A program made the position numbers and the translations under genes. From the NCBI GenBank assembly GCA_039621445.1, contig CP154954.1:16956589-17020588 (forward strand): DNA of 64,000 nt. Reading direction: 5' to 3'. The DNA comes from Euglena gracilis (Eukaryota). Shown here piece by piece: positions 1 to 11,747 of this stretch; within the stretch, counting starts at the first letter, position 1, and every line of letters begins with the position of its first letter. The notes beneath the pieces are model-generated. The model was not told the origin of the DNA. It did no database searches and was given only the letters and a program-made list of their open reading frames with translations.

Positions 1-230
1 TGGCCACACTTTAGGAGGCAACAAAAAATGGGCAAAAAGTCTCAAAAATCCAAAAAATTTCCGGCGCCTTCGGCGCCAGACCGGCCACATTTTCCATTTT
101 CGGGCCTACCCCACCCCCGGGGGGCGGGGGGGCTCTGGGCCAAAAAACCAGTCAGTCTCTCTGAAAAAACCAGTCAGTCACCCCCCCCCGGGGGGTGAGG
201 TGGGACAGGTGCTAAGCAATGGTATGGTGA

Positions 231-416
<186 letters not shown>

Positions 417-589
417 AACGCGTGTTATGTGTATGTATGAAGGTGGGTGTGGCTGTGGGTGTGGGTGAACTTTCGTGTCTGTGCACGTGGATTGCATTCC
501 TGATTATGGAGAATGAGATGCGAAAATGAAGTTTGAGGCAAGAGACCGGTTGTTCCTGGGGCTGGGATTCCAGCACAGGGAAGGGGCAC

Positions 590-3500
590 CTCTACGAGGG
601 CAAAGGACAACGTCGGCTTCCAGTGGGGGACCCAGACGTCTGGCACCACGTCCTCCACGGCAGGCACGTCCTCAGCGGCAGTATCCCCAAACAGGTGCCG
701 GGTTGCAGCAGCCGCCTGTGCAACGTAAACAGCAACAAAAATAAAACTCCATTTGACACGGGGTTCGCGCTGCACACTTTGAAACACACATTAAATTACT
801 TTTGGGGGTTGGTGATGGATTATGAGGCTACGAACACCAGAAACTGGCGAGCAAACCTACAACCGAGAGGGTAAAGAAGGTGGGTCGAAACCTCAACATC
901 GGCCTCAGAGCCCGCATTCTCTGAAAAGGGTACTCTCAGGCAGTCTCCTTCGCACTTCACGCGTAAAAGTGGACCTTGTGTATGCAATTGTGCAACTAAC
1001 AGGAAGAAAAAGCGGTTTTAGGGGTCGCTTTCAGGGGTTTTTGAACCTAAGTTAGTCCAAAACATCGAGTTTGTTGTGGTGGATGACTCCCAATGCGTCA
1101 ACAAAAGAAGGCTGTCAGAAACAGGGGTAGGTCTGGAAGTACAAAAAAAATGTTTTGTGGTGGTTGGTTTGAATGCTGACCTTCAAATTTGTGATCACTG
1201 CTGGCACGACGCGCCTTCTGTTGCCGAAGATGTGGACCGGTTTTTCTGCCCCCTTTTCCAGAATGGGTTTTATGTGTCCAAGACAGCCTTCAATAAGCAT
1301 GTTTCATGTTTTGGTACGGCCTACGCCCCCATACAGCATTTGAACAACAATTAGATTGTTCCAGCAGGTGATGGAAGGACGTCAGAATTACCAGGGGTTT
1401 TTTGCACAAAAAGGTGTATTGGTTCACCAAAATATGTGGTCGCTTTCTGTTGTTGGTCAGACATGTAAATGAGATGTTTGACGAAGTGGGTGCAACAACC
1501 CTTCTTTGTCAGGCTGCGAGACAGCGGTACTCTTTTCATCTTTGACGGACGGATGGACAATGTGTAAGATGGTATAAAATGCCTGTGATGGGAACGTCAG
1601 AACGTAGCAGTTGGTTTAATTGTGCCTGTATTTCTTTGAAGGGAAACAACTCAGAAAATGGTTCCCGATGTGGAATGCGGGAATGGGGATGCGGGGATTT
1701 CAAGCACTTGCCCTTTGCCAGACACATCGCCATTGAAAAACAGAAGCACTTCGGGAAATTGTCAAAGAGAGTGGCATGGCTGACATTCTCAACAGTTCAG
1801 CAGCATATTTCAAATTTCAGGCATCTCACTTTTTATTTACCGGCACCGCACCCCTCACTGGCCCTGCAATATAACCCCTGATTTTTGCGGACATGACGCT
1901 GCGCGCAAATTCTGCGTGCCGGCAGGACCTGTCTTGAGGCACCACAGTGAGGACAAAAAAGTTCAAAACAAAGCACGCAGCACGTGGGCAACAATGAAAA
2001 AAAAGAAAACAAAAAGCAGGTGTCCTTGTTTTGACTGAGGTGTGAGTACATGACACAAAGACCTTTTTTTTCCACCATGTAAGGGAACATGGAAAATAGA
2101 CCTGGAACTCACTTGAGTGCTTTGCGAGTGACGAAGCCGAGTCATCCAACGCTCAGTCACTCTGTCACTCTGCAAACACCTCTGTCCTCTGCCCTTCTTT
2201 CACGCCTCTCAACCCCATGGATTATCTTCCCTGATCCCTGTCTTGTGGTCCAGATGCCCATGCAGGAAAACACAACAAAAAATGGGGGTCCAGATTTCCA
2301 CAAAGGGGGTGCTTCAAAAAGGGGCGTGCTTCGAGGGTGCCGGTGTCTTTTTAGGGGGTGTTTGCATGTGTTTGAACTCATGCTCGGGCCGCGAAACATC
2401 GTCAAAAACGAGCCACCAGGGTGAAAACCCCAAAAAGTCATCTGCCAAAGGGACATCTGCAAAAAAAAAAAAAAACACAAAACAGGAAATGTTACTTCTT
2501 TCAACAAGGATTAGAGTGCAAACAAAAAAGTCATTTGCAAAAGAATTGCTAAAAAGTGCGAAGTAGGACACCAGAAAAATTACCCAACCCAACCACCAGG
2601 TGGCAAAGCCAGTGGCCCAGACTGGGGAGAACCAGTGCTTATGGTGATTGGGTGTGGGAGATGGAGGGCTGGTGGCAAGCGGAAGCAAAGGGTTCGGGCA
2701 CACTCCTGTTTGGGCAAGAACTTCACCAACGGGTGCACAGCGTGTAGACAGGCTATCTTTCCTGATGGGGAGAACCCCTTTTTGACAGAAGTGGTTCTCA
2801 AAAAGAATTGCATTCACAAAACAGAAGAAGCTATTTTGAGGAACCACACAAATCTCTGGCTAATTTCTGGCAAATGGTGTATTTTGCAAGAGGAGAAAAT
2901 GTGGCTCCCCCCCTTAATTGTTTTCCCTGACGATTGGGGGGTGGGTGCTAAATTCCCAATGAAACCAAATGCGCGCGGAAGATTCTTTCCTAGCGCGCAA
3001 TTCTTTCCTAGCGCGCTGAAGGCGCCAGGAAAAAAGAGGCCGTTTGGGGGTGGGTTACTGACAACCCAACTTGTCACCAAGGAGGTCTGCGGAGCCCAAA
3101 GGGGTGACAAATAAGGATCACATTGCCGTTATTTTGATGGTTCTCATAAAATGCACAATTTTTCCGTATTGACCATTTTCAATGGAAACCGCACAATTTA
3201 TTCTTGGGGGGTTAAATGAAACAAAACCTGAGAGAGTTTTGTTTGTGGTAGACCCACATATCATAGAGGGACATGTTAAAGTGGGTTCAACAAGTTGGTG
3301 TCCACATCTAAAATTTCATTGACAAATCACATCTTCTTTAATTCAGAACAGGTCAAAATGAAATTTTCGAGGGTTTTACAGAATTAATGGAAAGTTCTGC
3401 AGAATGGTTGAGGTGTTGCAAAAAAATTGGCGCCTCCGCTAGCAAATTCCCCCCCCCCACACATGGGGTGCTTCCAAGGGAGATGGCAAAGTGGATGAGT

Positions 3501-6083
3501 TTTTGGATGTGCCTGGAGAGAGGGGAGGGGCCTGCCCCCCCCCCCCCCCCGGACCCCCCACCTCCCCCTCCCTCCAAATAACAGTCAACAAGCCTCTTTC
3601 AGACGTATTTTTGTGCCCCATTACAGACACAACATTTCACAGCGATTCCGAACATGCAAAAAAGGAACAAGAAAAATTTGTTCAGGTTTACCCCCCCACA
3701 AAGGCAAGAAAACGGGGGCAATTTTTGCAATATATGGGTTTTTCGTCTGTTCTTAGCAGATTCTTTATTCGTTCCATTCCGGGAAGAAATGTGATCAATT
3801 TTGAGTCATCATTGTGGTCCAATTCAAAAGTTCGCTTTTGAAAATTATGTGGAGCCAAGAAGGATCTGTGAGAAAATAATTTTGTTCGCATACGATTCCA
3901 GGGCCAATAGGAAAAATTTGGGACGCATGATTTTGTTGTAAAGCTAACTTGCATCACTTGTGTGAAAACAATTTTTCGAGGGGCAATAAAACAAAGCAAA
4001 TTTCCTATGTGAAATGGCAGAATTTTTCATTTTCTCTCAAGCAAAGCCAAGCCGACATACCTCCATCAGAAGCTAGAATGGGAACAATGAATTGAAAGAA
4101 ATACCCTTGGTACTCGAGAAATGCCTGGATGGATGATCCTCTTCTCATCCGCGGCGGCCAACTCCGTCCCCTGCTGCGCAACGAAGATGTGCATCCAGAG
4201 TGACCCGTTGCCAGGGCTGCACAGGAGGGCCAGCTGGGGGTCCCCCCCCCCTATCTCTGGAAAAAAAATCAGTTTGCAAACTGCCCCCCCCCCCGCCGCC
4301 CAAAAAAAACAATGGATCATGCGAACCTCACAAAAGCAAAATTGCGCACTCAGAATGGCATCACCATTTGCAATTATGTGCTTTCGCCGTTCACAACAGC
4401 ACAACCTAATGTTTTGTGTGCATTTGTCACCAGGGAGGTGGGGGTCGGATCCCCCCTTCCTAGGGTCCCCACCACCACCACAAGAAATCCCATTCAGCCC
4501 TGCCCGTTACCCGCCAAGTACTCATCCACAGGGACCTCCAGCTGGTAGGTGTGCTGCGCCTGGTCCTGTGCGGAGTCGAAGACGACCACATCACGCCAGA
4601 CGTGCAGGCTTGGGTCACCGAAGTCGACGGCCGTCCAGTTCGGGTCTCGTTTTAAGAAGAGCTGGACGTCCAATGACGGCAGAGCGGTGCGGCAAGAGTT
4701 ACCCCCCAAACAGGAGCGTGCAGGGAAAAAACCCGGGGAGTCCAGCCAGCCGGCTGGGAAAAGGTGCTGCCTGGAAGGGGAAAAAGTGAAAGCTAGCTGG
4801 ACCTCTCCCCCAGGGGTCGGCTCCCCTCTGGCTTAAGAAACCCCCTGCCCCCAAAACCCAAGACTTTTGACAGGCGAGGTGGGACGTTCGCAACACGACC
4901 TCGCATCACAAGGTCCTTGTGTTTGCAAAAGTAATGCAAAAGTCGTGCAAACGTATTTGCAAATTTTTTTTCTGCACGCTAGTTATGCAAAGTTGAACGT
5001 CCCCATTTTTGCGTTTCTTTGGAAGTCATTTCCGCTGGAAGACGTAGAAGACGCAAACAGAGATGCCTGCAGCTTGGGGCTTTGGTGTAATTTCCTTCCG
5101 AAAACAAGGAAGCAAGGCCCAGGAGGAGGAGGAAACATTTTGCCAAATCATTTCCAACAGAAAATTAGAATATCCAGAATGAATTTCCAATTATCAAGAA
5201 TAAACCTGAAAAAAAAAATTGCAGCCTGCCCCCCCCCACCGACCCCACAACCTCTGACCGGGGGGGGGGGGTGTTCACGCACCCCCTGACCTGCAACCCC
5301 CGACCAGGGGCTGGTTGTACGACCAGGTGCCAAAAACCCCTATTTTTGCTACGTCAGCTACAATCCCCCAACCACGGGGGTGGGGGGGGGGGGTCGTACG
5401 CACCCCCATGGGCAAGGGAAGGGGGTGTCAACAGTCATCAAAAGATACCATTCCTTTCCATGGTTCTTCCAGGCTGCATGCCACAAAATGCTTTGTTAAA
5501 AAAAAAAGTTGTGACCCTAAATTTTCATCAAATCAAAGGCCAAATTTTTTGAGAGGTTAGACGGTCCATTCCTCTGCAACAAACCAATCCAGTGTTCCAA
5601 GCAAAGAAACCATTTGAGCAGGGGGGAATGTGTCAGCCTGGCCTTGCGAAAAAATGCACAAAAATGTGCAAATATGCCAAAAAAATAAGCCAAATGTACA
5701 AAGTCTGGGAGAAAGTGCAGATTCAAAAAAATGCAAAAATTACCCAAAACACACGCAAAAATGGCAGCAAATTTATAACAATCATATGAAATTCTAAAAA
5801 AAGTTTCAATTTCAAAAAAAAAAAAAAAAATTGGACAAACCACAAAAAAAATGCGCCAAGGAGCAAGAAAATGAACTAAAAAAAAAAACTACAAAAATGC
5901 GCGAAAAAATGCGAATAAAAATGAGAAAAAAAATGCGAACACCTTCCCTCCCCTTTATTGAGCTGAAATGTGAACACCAGCCTGACTGAGGCACCCTTCG
6001 CAAATAATGGTTCATACTCTCGTTGAACCGGTGATGGCTGGTGATTTGGGTTGTAGCGGCGTTCTCCAGCAGGTTCCTTTCTT
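590..6083 (-). CDS. CLPTM1: Second copy (paralog or allele) of five CLPTM1-like exons: 6083-5988, 4674-4506, 4206-4131, 2743-2706, 715-590; runs off the left edge
   Basis: Same exon lengths and junctions as 46907-41509; a few substitutions (GDTAA/GDAAA, PAV/PAM, DPS/DPN, HTY/HTH); no frameshifts in these exons. Confidence 0.82.
1115..1760 (-). pseudogene. Possible degenerate Mutator (MULE)-like transposase fragment; second copy about 42040-42690
   Basis: Interrupted frames read ...CWNNLIVVQMLYGGVGRTKT*NMLIEGCLGHIK, resembling the RTNNxxEGxH motif. Stops and frameshifts present. Confidence 0.3.
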
Positions 6084-8134
6084 GGCCAACAGGGGTTGCT
6101 GAAAGCAAGAAAACAACTTTACACATTTTCACTTCCGACGCTGTGCACAAGAGATGGCAAAAAAAAATTTTCTCTGTAAATTTGGGGATGGTAATTCCTA
6201 ATTTGGTGTCAAATTCCTAATTTTAGTGTGGGGATTCCTAGTTTTTTTGATTTTTCCCCAAAAATTCGTCCTCGGTGATTCCTAATTGGCCGCCTAAAAT
6301 GTGGTGTTCCCCCCGTGACCCCCCCGTGACCCCCCCCCCCCGGTGACCCGAACCACCCCCAGAGGCATCATGGATAATGGGTATACATTTTCTAAATTAT
6401 ATATTTTTTTGGTTCCCAATGATACCAGCCTTGTATCTGAATGTGTGTGAATTAAAAGGACAAGAGGAAAATCAGTTCTTTTCACAATTTGAAATTTAAG
6501 GTTCAATTATTTCATTGAATATTTTCATTTTGAATTTAAAATTTCTAAATTCAAATGACATGGAATGCAAAAAAATCTTGCATTTTTCATTTCTCAAAAA
6601 TTTGATATTGCAAATTAATCATGTCACGTGTGCCTGAAAAGGGACCTGCCTTCTGATCTCACGATCCGCAACACATTGCACCACAAACAAGAGAGTCAGA
6701 AGTTGACAGATACATCCATTAATTACTGTCATCAACTGCAAGTAAAAAAGATTGTTGCCCGTTGGCTGAGTTTGGTCGTCAAAAATTCAAAAATGGGTTG
6801 GGTTATGGTGAATGATGAAAGCAAAAATTTGCAAATAGTGAGTGCCCAATTGTTTGTACCATCGATATTCACAGGAGTCTATTGTTTTCTTGGGGGAGGC
6901 AAAAATATCATTTCCAAAAGAAAACCATTCCAACATCCGAACAGCCCCTGCCAATCGGCCATTTATCCTTTTTTGAAGACGAGGGATGGGGATGTCCACC
7001 AGAAATGTTGACAAAAAAAACTCACTCTTTTTTAAGGATAGGCATTCTTCGGTGGATAGAGTTGGCATTTTTTCCCCGTCATTGAAGCCTGGAACTTAGA
7101 GTTGAACAATTTGTGCAGTTTGCACAGAGTCTGCACAGAAAAGCCTGGGGTCTTTTTGTGATTTTCTTTGATTTCCCATCATTTCGAGAAAATAATAATA
7201 AAAATACTTTTGAAAAAAAAATTGACCCTGAAATGACCGAAAAGCGGCAAAGCAAAAGAGGTGTGTTGGGACAGTATGAATTTGACTATGGCCATAAAAT
7301 GGCCACAGTAGCCACGAACGATGGGCGACCGCGGTGCCGTGGTCGTCCAGGACCCCCGAAAACCTTGGCCCAAAACACTGTTCTTGATCTGAAACCAAGG
7401 AATTTCCTAAGCCGGACCCCCCCCCCTGGGGGTCCAGCCAGCAAGCACCTTTTTTTCCCACAGCACCGCCCAGCCGGGCCGCAACCCCCCCCCCCCCGGT
7501 AATAAAGTTTTTGCAGCCCGGCAAAGCCAGGCTGGACCAAAAAATCGGTGAAATTTTTGAAAAAAGGGGGTCAAAAATGGCCAAGAATCCCTGTTCTTTT
7601 TATTTTGGGGGGGGTTCACCTCAAAAAAATTAAATAAAAATAAAAATAAAAATGCATCCCAGATTTGGGCCTGTTTCGGGTCAAAAAAAGGTGTTGGCTG
7701 GACCCTCCTCCAGGTCCAGGGAGGTCGTTCGAACCTGGCTGCTGGGCTGGACCTGGCTTTTTCCAGCCAGCCGGCCGGGAGAGTGGCGATGTGCTCTTTC
7801 TTTGGCTGGGGGAGCCTTGGAGATATTCGTCCCATAGGGCTGCAAGGTCACCTAAACCCCCCCCCAAATATAAACCCCCCCAAATACAACCCCCCCCCGA
7901 GTGTGGAATCGTGTATGGAGGCTCTGGGTTCACATCCGAACCGGTGTCTTGGACACCGGTTCGGGCGGGAAACCGGTGACTTGGACTGAAGAAACAGGAC
8001 AGAAATGCAAAAGGCCATCATTTGGAATTCGGTGCAAAGAGGTGCGAAACGACCAATAAGGCAAACCGGACAGTACCACAGCCGCAGCGCTAAAACGAAG
8101 GCAACTGTTTTGCCTGAGGGATCAGACACGGCTA

Positions 8135-8810
8135 GTTATTTACCATCAGGGCACAGCCAGGACCCGTAACGGGGGGGATGACCAACCCTGCACAGGCGCA
8201 ATGCGACGGCAAGTGGCAGACATCGCAAACGACTTTACGCTTGCCGCCACAGAGGCCCATGGCACCCCCACAGTTTGGACAGTGGTCCGCATCCCCCAAC
8301 TCCATCTTCGCTTTCATCTCCTTCGGAAGAGAAGCAGCATTGAAAAAAACACAAAGTTGTGGATAATGTGACTGCACCGAAGGCACAAACGAGCCAACAT
8401 GGGAGGGCGCTTCCCTGTACAACGCAGCCAAAGTGTTGACCATCGTGGTCAGCGTGGAAGGGAACCAGGACTGATCCTGCACCTTGGCATTAAAATAAAC
8501 TTCTTCGCGTTGGGCGGTGGCTGCCTGTTGCTTCTCGTAACCGTGATCAAAGGACACGTGACATTTACCGTCCAAAGAGCAAATGCCAAGAGCCAATCGT
8601 CAAATGTTGCCCCACGCAGCTCGCAAACCTTTTGGAAATGCCGGGCAGCTGCCAGCACCACCATTTTGCCTTTCGCAAGACCACCATGGGGGCAACTGTT
8701 GTCAAATGTTTCCCCAAACAAAAGTGAGTGGGCTGCTAGAGGTGCGGCGGCGGCCTCAAGACTAGCCAAAGATTCTGCTGGGGTGGGGGGCAGCGCACTG
8801 GTGCACACGG
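8135..8810 (-). pseudogene. Degenerate ORF relic ending in a PHD-finger-like domain, probably TE-derived; second copy about 50290-50965
   Basis: CPNC-x12-CDVC-x4-HCAC-AGLVIPP, then after a frameshift YGSWLCPD: C4HC3 spacing with the last Cys lost. Confidence 0.5.
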
Positions 8811-10377
8811 TAGTAACCTGGCCGGTGTCATTAAGAAAAAACCTGCCAAGGAAGCAATACGTGACCGTGCGTCCCTAGACACCGGTTCGGAAGCCTCCGA
8901 TACACGGTTTCAAGAACTGTGTCCAAGACACCAGTTCGGGCGTGAAATCAGTGACTAGGACACCGGGTTCACGCCCGAACTGGTGTCTTGGACACAGTTC
9001 TCGATATAAATGGGGCTGACCAAATACAAACCCTCCCCAAAAATAAAGTATCAGCTTCAGGTCCATCACCTCCTGACTCCTCGGATTCATCGCCTCCTGA
9101 CTCCTCGGAAGTTCGTGATTCAGTGGCCTCGGCACTCGAACCGACCGAAATCGAGACACCAAGGGAGTCTTCGAGAGATACTTTTTTATTGGAAGCAAAA
9201 CCAAGATACGCTCGCGATCGTCGGATCGGCCAGAATCTGAGTCGAAAATTGTGGTGATTTTTGGTGCTGCTTGGTTTAAGACACTTAATGAACCATAGAA
9301 AAACGATTTTTCTCTTCGAATCAACGACCAGGGTCCAGGAGGGCACAAGAACTGTGAAATTAGGACTTCCCTGGGACAAGAAATGGGAGTACTGTGTGGT
9401 GCGGCTGAATTTGGTGGTGATCACGAATCGTCTGATGAAAAGAGCTTTCGATTGAGGGGCAAGTTTGTACTGAACGATTGACACAGCCGGCGTCTGTCAA
9501 GGAATGGGCACAAGTCGATTGGGCGGTCGGGTCGACTAGTCGGCCCAACCAGTCGAATCGACTCGCTCCATTTGGGCACGGGTGGTCGAGTCGACTTTGG
9601 GCGGATGAGCCGACCAAGCCGATCCGACCGCCCAACACAGTCCTTGCCCGCCCATGCGTGTTTTTAGCCCCCCCCCAAGAAAAAAATCCACCGATTGAAG
9701 TTTTCACATATTTGCTTCCATGGGCTGACCCAGCAAAGGAAGGGGCAACAGACAAGACTAGAAAGCCTTGGGAGAGGAGGTTTTCTTTACCAAGCACCCC
9801 TTGGCTCCATCGTGGCAGGGACGAATTGTACGCCGCCCGGGGGGGGGGGGGCAGAGTCAAGAATGCCGCTGAAAAGTTGGTGGATTCAACCACCAACCCG
9901 TATTGAAAAACAAGCGCAACCTTCCCAAGGGTTCATTTTTTCAACACAGACATAACTCCCTCCAATTGCAAACACCCCGGGGGCCTTGAAATGCTGCCTG
10001 AATATAAACATGGGGGGTTAAACTTGACAGCATACGGACAAATGGTTCATCCGGCGGGGGGATACCATGTGGTTCCACCTGGGCCCCACTTTCGGGGAAA
10101 GTCGTGATCCTTCAGATAGGATCAGGGTCATGGCCGGACTGCTGTGGACTCTCTTTTTTTTTGGATTCCGGAAGAAGTTAATTTCCGGAAGGATTCCGGA
10201 AGAAGTTTTTGGGGATTTTTTCCCTTAAAAATTATCCCTGTTTGACACATGGCCTTGCCCATCGATTGAAAGCTCTCCTCAAGGGCTTTCGGCAGATGGC
10301 CACAGAAATGCACACTGCGCTCATTTTCGGCGTGACATATTAATTTGAGAAAGCCCACCCTTCAGGCACCATACAGC

Positions 10378-11747
10378 CAGGGCTGGATACAGGTAGAGGT
10401 ACAGGTTGCCAACACAAAAAACATACTCCCACCGACAGCACAAAAAAAAATACCCCCCCCCTTTTTTTTCAGTTTTTGTGGCAGCCATAACTTCGGCTGT
10501 GCACCATGTTGAGGTCTCGGACATACTCCATATTGTTGCCTGTGAAATACCCATCCAAAAATGTCTCTGTGCATTTTCCTCGATTCCCCCTCCACCCCGA
10601 GTTATGGGCCCCTCAAAAGTGCTCCGCACACGACAAGCGAAAATTTTTGAAAAACATGGATTTTGGGCCGGGTTGGAATAATAAACAGCTCACCACTCGG
10701 GAACCCTAAGGAGTTGGGCTCTGGAACTTGGTGGGTCGGATTGGCCATGAAATAGGCTTCAAAAAATATCTACATCAAAATTTGCCATCTCGACACCCAG
10801 AAAAAGTTATTTTATGGTTTTTGGGGCCAGCTCCAAAAAAATTTAGCCCTTTTTGTGTGGGAAAACCTAAAAAATGTGTGTTTTTTAGGTTTTCCCACAC
10901 AAAAAGGGCTAAATTTTTTTGGAGCTGGCCCCAAAAACCATAAAATAACTTTTTCTGGGTGTCGAGATGGCAAATTTTGATGTAGATATTTTTTGAAGCC
11001 TATTTCATGGCCAATCCGACCCACCAAGTTCCAGAGCCCAACTCCTTAGGGTTCCCGAGTGGTGAGCTGTTTATTATTCCAACCCGGCCCAAAATCCATG
11101 TTTTTCAAAAATTTTCGCTTGTCGTGTGCGGAGCACTTTTGAGGGGCCCATAACTCGGGGTGGAGGGGGAATCGAGGAAAATGCACAGAGACATTTTTGG
11201 ATGGGTATTTCACAGGCAACAATATGGAGTATGTCCGAGACCTCAACATGGTGCACAGCCGAAGTTATGGCTGCCACAAAAACTGAAAAAAAAAGGGGGG
11301 GTATGTTTTTTGTGCTGTCAGGGGGGGTATGTTTTTTTGTGTTGGCAACCTGTAGAGGTCAAAGTCCTCTACCTCTATCTGACCCACCTCTACCTCTACC
11401 TCTACCATAAAATGTTATAAACTGGCACCATAAGGGGCCACAAAAGGCTCCAAATGCCTCAAATTTGGCAAGTTAGCATCTTAACACATCTTATTTAGGT
11501 TAGGAATGAGAAAAAATATCCGGATGGGTGGTTTCAAAATTGCCATAAGAGATTTGTCACAAGAATGGTCAATTTCTGATTTTTTCCATAAAATTGCCTT
11601 CGTTCGACATATATTTTCTTTGATAAGCCACTTTCCTTAAAGGTTTGACATTGAGGTGACATAGAGGGATAGCAGAGGTAGAGGTGACCTCAACCTCTAC
11701 CTCTACCTCTACCTCTACCTATATCCCTCTCCCTCTATCCAGCCCTG
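10378..11747. mobile_element. MITE with TIR CAGGGCTGGATA and (TACCTC)n arrays; hosts the fold-back element. Copy without the insert at 52516-52932
   Basis: TIR CAGGGCTGGATA...TATCCAGCCCTG; flanks ATACAGC/ATACAGA (6 of 7). Confidence 0.75.
10402..11352. mobile_element. 951-bp fold-back (almost wholly palindromic) element with TA TSD
   Basis: Arms of about 470 bp around a TGTGTG loop (10875-10880); ends CAGGTTGCCAAC/GTTGGCAACCTG; flanked by TA; empty site GAGG-TA-GAGGTC near 52538. Confidence 0.9.

Noticed and set aside
10728-11027. Near-identical ORFs on opposite strands as a gene pair
   Set aside because: Consequence of the fold-back palindrome.
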